Shown here piece by piece: positions 38,254 to 50,840 of a stretch of 64,000 bases of DNA (positions are counted from its first letter, which is position 1; each line of letters starts with the position of its first letter). Below the pieces are notes generated by a model, which was given only the letters and a program-made list of their open reading frames with translations, ran no database searches and had not been told where the DNA came from. The stretch lies in NCBI GenBank assembly GCA_963924565.1, contig OZ004614.1:9672001-9736000 (forward strand), in the 5' to 3' direction. A program made the position numbers and the translations under genes. The stretch is from Ascidiella aspersa. Its lineage: Eukaryota.

Positions 38254-41200
38254 TACTTTCAACGGCCGGCATTAAAACCTGTCTTTTCTTTACTTGGGAC
38301 CGCACATCCGGTATCAATTATTTAGTCGACTCTGGTGCCGAAGTAAGCGTTATTCCGCCAACCGGACGTGACCGCACAATACCCATCCCCGGCAAGAAAC
38401 TCTTGGCTGCCAACGGAAGCAATATACGCACCTACGGAACTAAGGTACTTCGCCTCAACTTGTCCGCAGGCCAATTCACATGGAAGTTTTATATTGCTGA
38501 GGTTTCCCGTCCCCTACTTGGCGCAGATTTTCTACGGGCTCATTCGCTTATGGTCGACTTTAAACACTATCGTCTGGTAGATGCGAAGTCAGTCTACGGT
38601 ACTCCACGCAGCAAAACAGCGCAGGAAGCATCCCATGTCATTGCTTCGACTGTTGAAACTCCGTACTCTAAGTTATTAGCCGCATATCCGCAACTCACTA
38701 CTCCCCAGTTTACACACGCGATGCCAAAACACGGTGTGCACCACTACATTTCTACCAGCGGCCCTCCAGTCCATTCGCGCGCACGTAGGCTTCCGCCGGA
38801 AAAGCTCGCAATAGCGAAAGCTGAATTTCGTGAAATGCTTGACATGGGGATCATTCAACGGTCGTCCAGTCCATGGTCATCGCCACTCCACATGGTACCG
38901 AAATCGTCAGGCGGATGGAGACCATGTGGAGACTACCGACGCCTAAACGCCTGCACCACCGCAGACCGTTACAACATTCCGCACTTACAAGATTTCACGG
39001 CACGCCTAGCAGGAGCTCAATTGTTTTCTAAAATTGATTTGATTCGTGGCTACCATCAAGTTCCTGTGGCTCCAGAAGATGTTCCCAAAACAGCTGTAAT
39101 TACTCCCTTTGGGCTTTACGAGTTTCTTCGCATGCCATTTGGCCTAAAAAATGCAGCTCAGGCATTTCAGAGGCTAATGGACACAGTTTGTCAAACCCTT
39201 GACTTTGTGTTTGTTTATCTGGACGACATCCTGGTTGCCAGTCACTCAGTAGAAGAGCATCGCGATCATTTGAACAAGCTTTTTCAACGGTTGTCGAATC
39301 ACGGCCTTGTCATCAATCAATCGAAATGTCAATTCGGAAAATCGCGCATCGATTTTCTCGGTCATCGCGTGGATAAAAACGGTGCCATTCCTCTGCCCGA
39401 CAAGGTTTCAGCAATTACACGGTTTCCACAACCTATAACAATAAAAGGTCTACAGGAATTTACAGGTTTGATTAATTTTTATAACCGCTTTATTCCCGCT
39501 GCAGCCCGCATTATGAGGCCGATTTATCAAGCGCTTGCTGGCAAACCAAAAACGCTGGTATGGACAAACAGTTTGGATATGGCTTTTAAAGCAGCTAAAT
39601 TAGCGTTGGCTAATGCTACCTTACTTACTCATCCTCAACAGCATGCGAAAACGGCTATAACGGTCGACGCTTCGGAAACTTCAATCGGTGGGGTGCTGGA
39701 GCAGTTCATTGGGGGCATATGGCGACCGTTAGCATTTTTTAGTAAACAATTAAGACCACCCGAAATTAAATATAGCGCTTTCGACCGTGAACTGTTAGCT
39801 TTACACTTAGCTATCAGACACTTTCGTTACTTCCTTGAAGGCCGTATCTTCACCGCATTCACGGACCACAAACCTTTAACTTTTGCATTTGCAAAGATTT
39901 CAGATCCATGGTCCAGTCGCCAACAACGTCATCTTACCGCTATATCAGAGTTTACGACGGACGTGCAGCACATCAAAGGAAAGTTCAATCATGTTGCAGA
40001 TGCACTTTCTCGCGCTACAATCAGCAATGTACACAGCGCCACTGTCGACCTGGACTACAGCGAGCTTGCGAAGGCGCAACAGGTACAAGAGGTTCAGGTT
40101 TATCGAACCGCAGTTTCTAACCTAAAACTAGAGGATGTCGCCATCGGGCCAAATGGCCTTACGCTTCTTTGCGACACCTCAATGGGCAACCCACGACCAA
40201 TAGTACCACAATCTTGGCGCCGAAAGGTTTTTGACGCCATCCACGGTTTGTCTCACCCTTCAATCCGGACAACCCGACGACTCGTGGCTTCCAAATTTGT
40301 ATGGCACGGTCTCAATAAAGATGTTGGCTTGTGGACCAAACAATGCACATCTTGCCAAAAAGCGAAGGTCCACCAACACGTGCGCGCACCCTTACAGCAT
40401 TACCCATTGTCGAACGTCCGGTTTGCCGATGTGAATATCGACATAGTCGGCCCGCTTCCACCTTCTCAAGGTAATGTTTATCTTTTAACTATGGTTGACA
40501 GATACACGAGGTGGCCTGAAGCAATTCCGATGAAAGATGCAACAACCATCACCTGCGCGAGGGCATTTGTTTTCAACTGGGTGGCACGATTTGGCATCCC
40601 GATAAATGTTGCATCCGATCGCGGCCCGCAGTTTACATCGGAGCTATGGTCATCGGTAAACAAACTGCTCGGCATCAACCTGCACCGCACCACTGCTTTT
40701 CACCCACAAGCCAACGGCCTCGTAGAAAGGTTTCATCGCCATTTAAAAAGCTCCTTAATGTCGCGTTTAACAGGTCCCAACTGGGTTGACGAGCTACCGT
40801 GGGTTCTTTTAGGAATTCGAACAGCTCCAAAAGAAGACTTGCAAACATCTTCATCAGAGTTGGTTTATGGCTCGCAAATCACAGTCCCAGGAGATGTTCC
40901 AGTTCGGCAGGCTGCACCCCCTCCTCTAGATTTCCTGAAACACCTTCAGGAGGCTATTCGAGCGTTTACCCCGGTTCCAATGTCACGCCATTCCACCCAC
41001 AGGCCATCAATACCTCGCGGTTTCGAGGACTCGCTCTATGTTTTTGTACGCAGAGGCTCGCACCGTCCTCCACTAACGCCTCCCTACGATGGGCCATTCA
41101 GGGTAATCGAACACGGCCCAAAGACATACAAGCTGGATATCGGCGGAAAGGAGCAGCTAGTGTCGGTCGATCGCCTTAAACCGGCGCACTTGGACACGAC

Positions 41201-41492
41201 ACATCCGGTTCAAGTGGCGCAACCGCCCCGACGAGGACGACCTCCAAACAAAGCAACAACAGTCCGGTCTCAAACAACGCAAACACAGCATGCGTTTACG
41301 CAAACACCGGCTGGACTGCAGGTCCAGCTACCGGCAACTTCAGCCCAATCGGCTTACGCACGCAACAGGCCCCATCGACAAGTTCGGACGCCGGCGCGAT
41401 ACTGTTATGGTTGTCATTTTTCGCTTCTGGGGGGGAGCTGTGTGGCGACTCTATGCACTCAGTCTCCCTCCAGCATAGTTGCTGGCGTGTAA
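38166..41492 (+). CDS. pol: Pol polyprotein (protease, RT, RNase H, integrase), probably made as a Gag-Pol fusion
   Basis: LVDSGA protease, YLDD RT, RNase H (VDAS...DHKPL), integrase HHCC (HGLSH...CTSC) and D-D-E, GPY/F module (PYDGPF). Uninterrupted and in the -1 frame relative to gag. Confidence 0.96.
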   Translation: MFLPPPFSREGAQMCSSMQLSGKRPSRSLILSTAGIKTCLFFTWDRTSGINYLVDSGAEVSVIPPTGRDRTIPIPGKKLLAANGSNIRTYGTKVLRLNLSAGQFTWKFYIAEVSRPLLGADFLRAHSLMVDFKHYRLVDAKSVYGTPRSKTAQEASHVIASTVETPYSKLLAAYPQLTTPQFTHAMPKHGVHHYISTSGPPVHSRARRLPPEKLAIAKAEFREMLDMGIIQRSSSPWSSPLHMVPKSSGGWRPCGDYRRLNACTTADRYNIPHLQDFTARLAGAQLFSKIDLIRGYHQVPVAPEDVPKTAVITPFGLYEFLRMPFGLKNAAQAFQRLMDTVCQTLDFVFVYLDDILVASHSVEEHRDHLNKLFQRLSNHGLVINQSKCQFGKSRIDFLGHRVDKNGAIPLPDKVSAITRFPQPITIKGLQEFTGLINFYNRFIPAAARIMRPIYQALAGKPKTLVWTNSLDMAFKAAKLALANATLLTHPQQHAKTAITVDASETSIGGVLEQFIGGIWRPLAFFSKQLRPPEIKYSAFDRELLALHLAIRHFRYFLEGRIFTAFTDHKPLTFAFAKISDPWSSRQQRHLTAISEFTTDVQHIKGKFNHVADALSRATISNVHSATVDLDYSELAKAQQVQEVQVYRTAVSNLKLEDVAIGPNGLTLLCDTSMGNPRPIVPQSWRRKVFDAIHGLSHPSIRTTRRLVASKFVWHGLNKDVGLWTKQCTSCQKAKVHQHVRAPLQHYPLSNVRFADVNIDIVGPLPPSQGNVYLLTMVDRYTRWPEAIPMKDATTITCARAFVFNWVARFGIPINVASDRGPQFTSELWSSVNKLLGINLHRTTAFHPQANGLVERFHRHLKSSLMSRLTGPNWVDELPWVLLGIRTAPKEDLQTSSSELVYGSQITVPGDVPVRQAAPPPLDFLKHLQEAIRAFTPVPMSRHSTHRPSIPRGFEDSLYVFVRRGSHRPPLTPPYDGPFRVIEHGPKTYKLDIGGKEQLVSVDRLKPAHLDTTHPVQVAQPPRRGRPPNKATTVRSQTTQTQHAFTQTPAGLQVQLPATSAQSAYARNRPHRQVRTPARYCYGCHFSLLGGSCVATLCTQSPSSIVAGV
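38229..38270 (+). other. -1 programmed ribosomal frameshift signal
   Basis: G GGA AAC heptamer in the gag frame, 6-nt spacer, then a 12-bp hairpin GCCGGTCGTTGA-tactt-TCAACGGCCGGC. Confidence 0.85.
41429..41437 (+). other. Polypurine tract
   Basis: GGGGGGGAG just upstream of the 3' LTR. Confidence 0.85.
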
Positions 41493-41647
41493 CAGCCCGT
41501 GGGTGACCTAATTAATGTCACACTCGAGTTAGCACACTGTAGTTGACGAAGCGCACAATTGCCTTTTTCTTGGTACATTTTCATCGTGGTTACGCGGTAC
41601 ATGTTCCACCACTTCTTTGAGCGCCTCATACAAGAATCATCGCTACA
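41441..41647 (+). repeat. 3' LTR (207 bp)
   Basis: Direct repeat of 37311-37518, followed by TSD CACT. Confidence 0.97.
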
Positions 41648-44600
41648 CACTGAAGAATACCCCATTGACCCCCAATATATTTTGGTTAAAAATCCAAGCG
41701 TAAATCAATCTGACAAGTGGTGAAATAACAGCAAACGAAACAATCCACTTGTTTGCGTTGTCGACCAGCAAATTGATCGTGGGCTTGGTGCAAAAAGGTT
41801 TACGATAGAATGTCTGATTATATCGGTGCTGATCCGACTCGAAATTTATTTGTGCACTTTAGCCATGGTTTGGCCTTTACTTGAAACGGAAGTAACTTTT
41901 AGAAAACTGATATAGTAATTGGCGGACGGAAGTAACTTTTAACGCTTAAGAAAGTTTTGGCTTGACAACCTGAAAACATTGTATTTACACGGGTATGATG
42001 ATATTGATTTAGTTGTTTTGTTACGCATATAGAATCATTCTGTCAAAGCTATGATGTAACTGAATTTCAGATCTCACAAACGCACTTAGCTGCATATAAA
42101 TTATTGTCGCAGAATCGTAATATGTTCTCGTCAAATTGTACTACTCTAAATGACGAAATTTAGTGATCTCAGGCGGTAAATTAATAAGATTTTATGGGTA
42201 TATTTTTTATATGTAAAAAAATGTATAGGTATTTACATCGATATATTATTATATATTTTAAAGAAAATGCATAAGAACTACACTACATTATATATGTGCA
42301 ACTTGAAAAAAAAACTATTCAATTACTATATAGCGAAACGACAATAAACCCACTACTTTGCAAATCTATTTCGACGTCAATCACCGTCTCGCGACGTGCA
42401 TCTGCCAAATTTAAAGAGCCCCGCATCATCCCAAAAACAACTCCAGGCGCCTTAGGTGCTTTGCTCGGCTCTGTTGTCCTCGCGGCGTCAGCGCTAAAGA
42501 AAGAGTTGTTTTACGCCAATACCGAACTCTTATCTCGGCGCAAGTGCATTGTTGTGGGAGCGGCGTTTTCCCGGAAGCTACGCCTTGTCTAGTTCACACA
42601 ACACGCCAGCTATAGGAAGGACCCTTGGGGCCTGTTGCTTTAGTTGTGACAGCAACGACATTACATGGGCACCGGGCGTGTCTCCAGGGTAAATAGGGAC
42701 AGCAGACAAGATTTCATATAAAAAGTTAATGAATGGAGTTATATTTTTTAATTGATTTTGTTTGTGGGTTTTGCACGCCATTCTAATTCGGATAAATTTA
42801 GATTTTGTAAATGCCGACCTCAAACCAGATATTTACTCATTATAAATCAACATTTATTTGACATTTCATCATATTTAGACTGCAAAAAACAAGTATAGAA
42901 GTCGTGGCTAACAAACAAAAAACTGTCGTAAGTGCAAATTAATGGATTTAAGAAAAACGCATTTTAATGTTTTTTGTTTTAATTTTTTGGTTTTGTTTTA
43001 GTTGACCAAACAGAATAATTTCAATATATATTATTAAGTTATATAATAATACGCACTAAAAGTAGTCGTCCTGTTTAATTTCAAGCATTGATTTTATTCT
43101 ATATTAAAGTAGTTTTGTATAGTTACAACAGTTTTTCATAATTGAATTTTTCTGTTTAGAAGTTACGACACTTTCCAACCAAACTGCTATAACCATTTTT
43201 GAAACTATAGGGGTGGTTTAACTTCCGAAATGCTCAATACGAACAGAATTCCATGTTAACACACCCCTCGTTCTGTTTTTGACGATTTCAAACTTTGTTA
43301 CGCAACTCTTCATAAGTCGTGAATTTGGATAACGGCTGTAACTGTAAAAAAAGGTAACACAAAATCCTAAAACTAACGTAAATGGACACATACAACACAA
43401 TTTTAAGAAACATTTTAAGGAAATATTGCTTCTACTACACTTTTAAGAAATTCATATTTCGAGAACTATATAGAAGCTAAAGATACGACACTATCCGTAA
43501 AAAACGCGCAACCAATTAATAAGCACAAAACTCGAAAAAAAAACAATTTTGGCATTTATGGACTTACGACAGTTTTAGTTATTAGCGACGAAGTACAAAA
43601 TGATTTTTTTTGCGTATAAATATCTGTAGAAATAACAAACTGCAGAAAATTGCCTACAAAAACTGAGGATGCCTATTGGTATACGGCGAAATATTGAATT
43701 ATTTTCTTTTGGGCGGTAAATTACTTCATGCATTTTCACCTGTCTTAACAAAACAGTCTCAATATCAACTAATTCGAAAGCAAGATTATTTTTACTGGTT
43801 TTATTATGGGAGGTCACTTATATACGAAATTTTTGGGCTTTTTATATACACCAGGTTAAATTGAGAAGCAACATATCCCAACAGTAAAATTTGCCGCTCC
43901 ACGAGTGCCACCCAAGGGCACGGCACCACGAAAAAACTAAAAAAAATCTTTCCGACATCCCACTTTAAGACGGATGGCTTAAAGTCGTCGAAAATATTAC
44001 AATATTGACCATAGGGCATTGTGCGCAGTGAGTGACCGCCCCTCGCTTGTCTTTAACCAGCAATTGAGCGTTTTGTTAGCTCGCACGCAAGTCGCACGTG
44101 TTACGTTTTTGGCGTGGGGCTAACGGTCACCTATTCGACTTTTGAAACAACTACCCCAGTCAGTGTTTCTCCGACTTTGTTTTTTTACCAAAACACGCAA
44201 TCGGAATTTCCATATTATTATATAGGTGTCCGACGCCATTGATGTGGGACACGTCGGCATATCCGGGATGAATTTATAGGCAATTTGGAACAGCAGCGCT
44301 TCCTAAGTTATTGCGCAGTCGAATCTTGCCGCGCTGCGAGTAAAAGAAAAAATATTTTAAGATAAAAAACAAACCTTTGTTTTAATTTTAAGAAAACACT
44401 GCATTAAACAATTTCTTTTATTGGTCGCCAGGTTTCTTTGCGACTTAAGGTCCTTAAGTGCGCCCTGAAGTAAAAAGGTTAAAATAATACTATTGTTTAA
44501 AGACTTGTAAACGGCCTCTTTAGAAAAACTAAGCAACAAGAAAATTAATAACAAAGGGAATTTCCTTTAAAACGATCATTTCTTTAAAACAAATAACGTG

Positions 44601-45456
44601 TGGGAACCGGAAACCAAAACCAACTTTCCCTAATAGAGCCCTTGCACTTCAATATGTGATTTTAGACAGATTCTATAGGAATGTAAAACGAATAAATTCT
44701 TAACTCAGTGGCTAACAGTTCACAAGACCAAGTGTCTAATATAGCCAACCAAGCCCAAATAACATGAATGCTCTTAAAACATATTTCTCTAAGCAATACT
44801 AAAAAAACGTTAGGCAAAGTTAACCGACAAGACTGAGAGTAGTCCTAATGATTTTTTTTCAGCCAGAATACCAAAGTATACGGCTAGATAGACATGAAAA
44901 ATGGCCAAAATTATATTTATGACAAAGGTAGTCGCAATGTAAAACTATTGGTAAGTTATAAAATAATAAAATTGTAATGGTCAACCCATTTCGTCCTCCA
45001 AAAACAGAAAACTGGGAGCATTTAGGTTAAGGCAGCCAAATGTTATGTTATACCGCTAGGTGGCGCCTATGTTTTAAAATGTATTTTATGAAAAAAACAT
45101 TTCCTTAACTGGTCTGTCGGTTAGAATCCAATATATAAGCAAAGGCATGGTATTTGCGGAATTATTTAAGGTGATTTTCTCGGAATTTTTTTATTAATTG
45201 CAAACTTAATGTTGGTTGTGCACTGTTAACCTACTAATCAATCAAACTAGGTATGTGGTTCAGCTAAGCACAATAGACACATGTTGTTGGCGCAGCAAGC
45301 GAAAAATGAATTCAGATCCTAGTCAGCACCTGTTTTAAGCTAAATCAAACGCATAAAACTGAAGAATGGTTTGCCATTGGGAACTAGAATACCAGCATGG
45401 ATTTCGTCGGGTTCTTAAATTTGAAAGGAAAATTTGCGTGTTGTATTGCCTTAAGT

Positions 45457-46236
45457 CAGTGTTTCTTAACCTTTTTTACTTGGTGGCGCACCTAGAGACA
45501 TTTGAAAACGAGGCGGCGCACCTTGCGAGCGAAGTGAGCGCGAAATTTTTGAGGTGTCCCGGTATTTCTCATAAATTGCTTGCAATTTTTTGTTATATAG
45601 GCTTTATAGTTGCATATCTTTAAAGGAACTCTAGCCTTCAGACCAAAATAAGAACAAAAGCAACTTCGGAATGAAAGTCAGTTAGGAATATGGCGAAGAT
45701 AAGACTAATAACTAATAGTCCCCCCTATAACTATCACTAACTCCCCTAATATTTTCGACCCTAACCCAATTGCTAACACCACCAACTACCCGCCCACAAG
45801 CCCAAACAGGTGTCAAAACAGCGGCGACCAAGAGTCGACAGCAAACGGCCAATGCCAGGCAGGTCCCCACAATCATTCCACACACTTTCCCTACAGTCTT
45901 GGGCGTTATGTTGTCCACTTAAGTCTTTTTCCGATTAATTTTGGACTTATTTCAACATGTTTAGGTCTTATCTAGACTATTCAATATCTTATTCTGTCGT
46001 GGTTATTACTGCGAATTTGGCGTTATTATGTCGATGGTCTTACCACTATGGTATTATAGATTATTATTAGATTTTGTTACTTTGATGGTCTTATTGTGTT
46101 TTCTATTTAATGGTACTGTGGAATCAATGAGCTAAGCTCAATAGAAAGTAAAACATACATGTTTTACATATCACAATATTATTCCTTTTGCGGCGCACCT
46201 GGCAACCTTCCACGGCGCACCGGTTGAGAAACGCTG
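45457..46236 (+). mobile_element. hAT MITE (GGCGCACC family)
   Basis: TIR CAGTGTTTCTTAACC / GGTTGAGAAACGCTG, perfect TSD ccttaagt. Confidence 0.88.
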
Positions 46237-48588
46237 CCTTAAGTCAATAAAAGTAAATTTAAATCGATGTTTTAAAATGACCTGCTTTAAGTCTTTCGGT
46301 TTAAATGATAAGTCATTTACCCAAATGATTTAATTTGAATGTTAGTGCTTTATTTAAAAATATTTCAGAAGATTTAGATTAGGTTCGTTATTTGATAAAA
46401 TAATGTTTGTTTTGTTTTTAATCTTCGCTATTCGTAATGTTGCTAAGGATGGATCGCGTTATACGATTTTGCAAGTTGAATTTAGTTTGGATTGCAATAA
46501 CGTAACATGGATGTGACTTGTTGTGTTTTTGCAATGACGTGGACTGCAACTCTAGGTATTTGTTTAAAATGACTTGACTTGAACTTGAGTTGCTTTGCGA
46601 GAGATTTGATTGCAAATTAAGTCATATCATAAAGACACGTTTACATAGTAGCAATTTGAATTAAAAAATAATTTCAAAAATACAGAATACTAAATAAGTT
46701 GCCGCGTTTTACTAACTTTTAGGTTATACACTTTGGAGCATAATGGTTGGAGCTTATAGTAAGACGTAGTAAGAATATCAAAGCCTGGGTAGCATTTTAA
46801 ACGTTTAGAATATATTTTTATTAATTTTGAACATCTTGATGTCAAATAAATAAAGAGATATTCGAAAGGTCCAAACTTTTACCTACTTCTATATTGGCAA
46901 GGTAATAATATATGTACTTCTAAAACAAGTCTCCAGCATAATTATAGAATAGAAGCATTTTAATTTTTAAAACCCAGTGCAACAATTTAGTGCTGTTTCT
47001 AGGACAAATTAACTTTAACACACCCCCCCCCTCCCCTTTTGGCTGAACACGCCTTTTCCGTCCATGGGCACTAATGGCCTTTCGTCGCTTTTGACCCAAA
47101 AGCTAGTTGAAACATAACCCACGGTCGGACGGTCACCCTTCCGCATTTCTCACCTCAACAACTTTCATAGAGATTCGGCGAAGAAAAAGGGGCGTCGCCT
47201 GTATAAAAGGGGCGTAGGCTGTGCTATCGCCCCACTTTAGGCAACCACGCGATCGCGTTGCGAAATAGCTCATTTCCCCCGAAAAGGGTTGAAAGACTTG
47301 GGCTAGCCCGGGGTTTGTGGTTATCCGACGTAGGCTATACCCAGGGGTCGAAATGCTGGGTGAAAAAGTCGTACGTTTAATTTCGGTATCTAGCGTTCGG
47401 CAAATCCGCGCCTATCGCATTTTACGTTAGCGAGCATTTTTTGCTTTACAATACTAAATAACTTTTTTGCGCTAAACAAACACGATAACCGACTTTTTTC
47501 GGATGCCACTTTACGAGTTCGGGCTGGTCGACGGTCCTTTTGAAATACGACCATTTCGATCCTTGTATGTGGGTGACTGGGTAAGGAGCTGTATTTTTCC
47601 TTTGGGTTGGTCAACTAACAATGGGTGACACGTGAGATGTCGAGAAATGCGTGGCTAGTTTCTTCGCGGGTCGCTACCTAAACTTGCATTGGACTTCGAT
47701 ATACGTCTACGAGAAAATGGATTCCTGTCTAACAAAATGTATTATTGTAGTCTGGCGGCTGTAGGTAAAGTTTAAACAGTTGTATATAAGGTTTGGTGGC
47801 GTTTACGTATTTTTACAGTCACTGGAAATGTCGAGCATAGGTCTTAAGTGGGAAACCCCGCAGTCTATTTGCTTTTTTCGGTTCATTGAAACAGTTTTGC
47901 GTTTAGCTATCGAGGCAACAGTGAGGTACAGCACGGTGCCATTCAAGCATCAAGTTAATCGAAAGTTTGAACGTAACTACGGCAAAGTCAGAATCCCGCC
48001 TACGCTAATTCACTTTCAGACACAACTCAGTCAGAAAAAAGATGCGGATTACCTGCCGAACAAAACCTTAGACGCTGTATATAAAACAACAAGACAAAAC
48101 GCATTTCTCAAAAAATTCAGTTTTAGCAGTGAAACCTAAAATGCTACCGTAAATTGCCGACAGACTCGTCGAAAATGTCACGCATTTCGTGGAATGTAGG
48201 CTTATGCCACACTGTGATGTACAAAGCGTGAAAATTACTGTGTTTTTTCGCTAAACAGCAGTTTGAAGTTATATGGTTCACCAAACACATTTCTTCGAAA
48301 CAGGAAAGATTTGACTTTGCGGACAACCGTGTTTATATAGTTGACATTATTTAACAGTTTTAAAATAGTTTTCACAGGTTGTTGTTGTTATGAGATGATA
48401 ACCTTGCGCACAAAACATAACACTTGCCTACATTTATTTTCAGAAAAGCTATAATCGGGCAGTTGTTTCCGACTGGAAAGCACACTCAATCGATTTACAG
48501 GCTTCGTTCAAGGCGAAACAAAAGAATTGTTGGAAGTCTTTCTTGCGACACAGCCTTACTTTGATTTTCGCCTGAAACAAAAAGGGCC

Positions 48589-48688
48589 ATGTTTTCTTGT
48601 AAAATGGTGATGTTTGTGTTGGTCGCGACGGCCGCCACTGGAAAAGCAAGTGAATCCATTCAAGGGGGCCGGGAACTAAGGACTGAAG
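48589..48688 (+). CDS. TPO: Thyroid-peroxidase-like gene, coding exon 1 (signal peptide)
   Basis: MFSCKMVMFVLVATAATG signal-like start. Donor G|gttggt in phase 1 joins the next exon in frame. Confidence 0.6.
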
Positions 48689-49775
48689 GTTGGTTGTGTT
48701 TGATCCGCGACACCCGACGCGCTGTTGAATCAAACTTTGTTGTTTTTGTCAAGGAAACGTTTGATTTTCGAAATTCGCAAGCGGGAAATTTGTCTAGTCG
48801 AGCCTGATGTATATATAGCACTTTTTGTTTTGTTTTTTCGCTATGGCTTTTACGAAGCCGCGTCACCGCAAGATCACGAAATGTCAATGGGCAAAGTGGT
48901 GCATTGCACGCTAAAAATGGTTTGCTATTCGGCTGAAAGGTTTTCCAAAGCCTTACCAGACCTCGAATCTAAAAAATAGCTTTCGGAAATTTCAATTTCG
49001 ACTGTGTTCGTTCTCAGCTTAAACGTAATGTAAAAATCTCCAACTAAAGTATTTATAGGTGGCAAATAATTTGTTTACATTCCCTTAAGTTGCAATCATA
49101 AAATATAAGCTGCCCGCTTTGGTGCCACGATACTCGCCTATGATACGCCGAGTTGGCCCAAGCATTTTTACTCGTTTAATTTAACTTTGATTGAGGGAAA
49201 CTCACAAACAAGTATCTGTGGTAGTCCGATCCTAGTCGTGTATCGGTGCAGATCCGATATAAATTTAATATAGAAATTTGAACCATCGGATTTAAAAATT
49301 ACCACCACGTTTCGCTACAACTCTCCCGTCTAAACAATTCAATTTATTTGTTGTTATTTGTACAGTATATCATTAAATTGCTATTCCTACATCCCAAAAA
49401 ACACTGGCAAAAATCTGCGATACAGATATAGATTTAAAATAGAATTAAATCTGTTGCTTGAGTCAATTATTTTGCCGGATAAAAGTATGTTTTTAATTGA
49501 GGCCTAAAAAATTATAAAATAGCTTTTTCGCGCGCTAGAAGTATGCCACGTGACAAAAAGTTTAGAAGCGCTGAGTTAAAAACTTAAAATACTGTATCTC
49601 ACGATTTTTTCAAACGAGTGTATTGCGTCCGAAGGCGCATCGTAATTTTTGAGTTCAAACACAATGCAAAACAGGAGTGTTGTGGTTCTTATGAGAAAGC
49701 GGCCGAATCCCATCAAGGGTGTTCGTCGCCTCGCACGATTTAACGCCGCTAATTTTCACGTGATTTTATTTGCAG

Positions 49776-49876
49776 ATTTGTTAAGCGGAGATCGTTTCGC
49801 AACGAGGGCAATGCACGAAGCCAAACAACTGGTTTCTCGCGCTGTAAGGCGGACGGACCGACAGTGGCAGTGCAAG
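49776..49876 (+). CDS. TPO: TPO-like exon 2 (propeptide)
   Basis: ttgcag| DLLSGDRFATRAMHEAKQLVSRAVRRTDRQWQCK |gtaata. Similar to the MPO/peroxidasin propeptide helix (EEAKQLVD). Confidence 0.8.
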
Positions 49877-49947
49877 GTAATAAAAGAATAACAAACGAAA
49901 TAGAAAATAAAAGAGTGTCGTTCGCAATTCATAGCTATGTTCTAACG

Positions 49948-50408
49948 CAGTGGTCGGCAAACTGTTTTTGTCGTGGCCCAAAGCACTCTTTTTCTAGCTA
50001 TTGAGGGCCCACTACGTAAAACCACAAGGAAAATAGTGGCGGATTCAGGATATTTGTTTTTAAGGTGAAATATTACACGGCGCCTTGATGCCCAAAACAC
50101 TGCCATGGCATAATGGAAAACATACTATAAAAGAATAATATACGCACGTAGGGCGAAAATTTTGCGTTTACATATAATTAAAGTTGGCAAAAAATATAGT
50201 TCTACTGGCTCTCAGGACCACATTCGGCACGTAGGTCTAAATAACACTGACGAAATATAAAAATTATTATCCCCACAAACTTTTAAAACAAAGTGCAATG
50301 AATGTGCGGCTATCACGCGGCCCACAACTACATTGTAACACTAAGCTATCAAAAGTAACTCACGGCCCACTAAAAATGGCTCTGCGGCCCACAGTTTGCC
50401 GACCACTG
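49948..50408 (-). mobile_element. hAT MITE in TPO intron 2 (family of 3157-3591)
   Basis: TIR CAGTGGTCGGCAAACTGT / ACAGTTTGCCGACCACTG, perfect TSD ttctaacg. Confidence 0.9.
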
Positions 50409-50467
50409 TTCTAACGCAATGGTTTCCAATTTCTTTGGATCACTGTACCCTGATGATTAGACAGATT

Positions 50468-50840
50468 TGGGGATGTCCGATAAGCGATATTTTAAACAAA
50501 AAGTATTGCGATCCGATTCGATACCGAATAACGCAATTTCTATGGTCAAGTAAGCAAAATTGGTCAAACTTAAAGTACAATGGTAGTAATTTTTAAGGAG
50601 TTAGGCCGGAATTTGTTTTTGCGCTTTGAAAGCCTATTTATCTTCTTCTTCCAATGTAATATTTTTCTTTGAAACTTTTTTCTTTGAGTAAGAGAACATA
50701 CGTTGGATCGCAAAACATGGCTGTTAAGCGTAAATCAATTTGGTATCTGATCGGCACCGAGACCACCCTATTATCGGACGAATACCGATACTACCACTTG
50801 GTAACGGATATCGGTTTCGATCCGATATTATGGGACATGA
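50468..50840. mobile_element. Decayed DNA transposon with CCGAT/ATCGG repeats
   Basis: GGGATGTCCGATA...TATTATGGGACAT ends. Related fragments at ~14989-15245 and ~26085-26476. Confidence 0.45.

Larger units (their letters stand above)
37311..41647 (+). mobile_element. Full-length Ty3/gypsy LTR retrotransposon, CsRN1 lineage
   Basis: Paired LTRs TG...CA, 4-bp TSD CACT (37307-37310, 41648-41651), PBS, PPT, gag with C-x2-H-x9-C-x3-C, pol order PR-RT-RH-IN. Confidence 0.97.

Noticed and set aside
37399-41665. Antisense and alternative-frame ORFs within the retrotransposon, including a possible env
   Set aside because: Shadow ORFs of gag/pol/LTR. There is no room or hydrophobic ORF for env.
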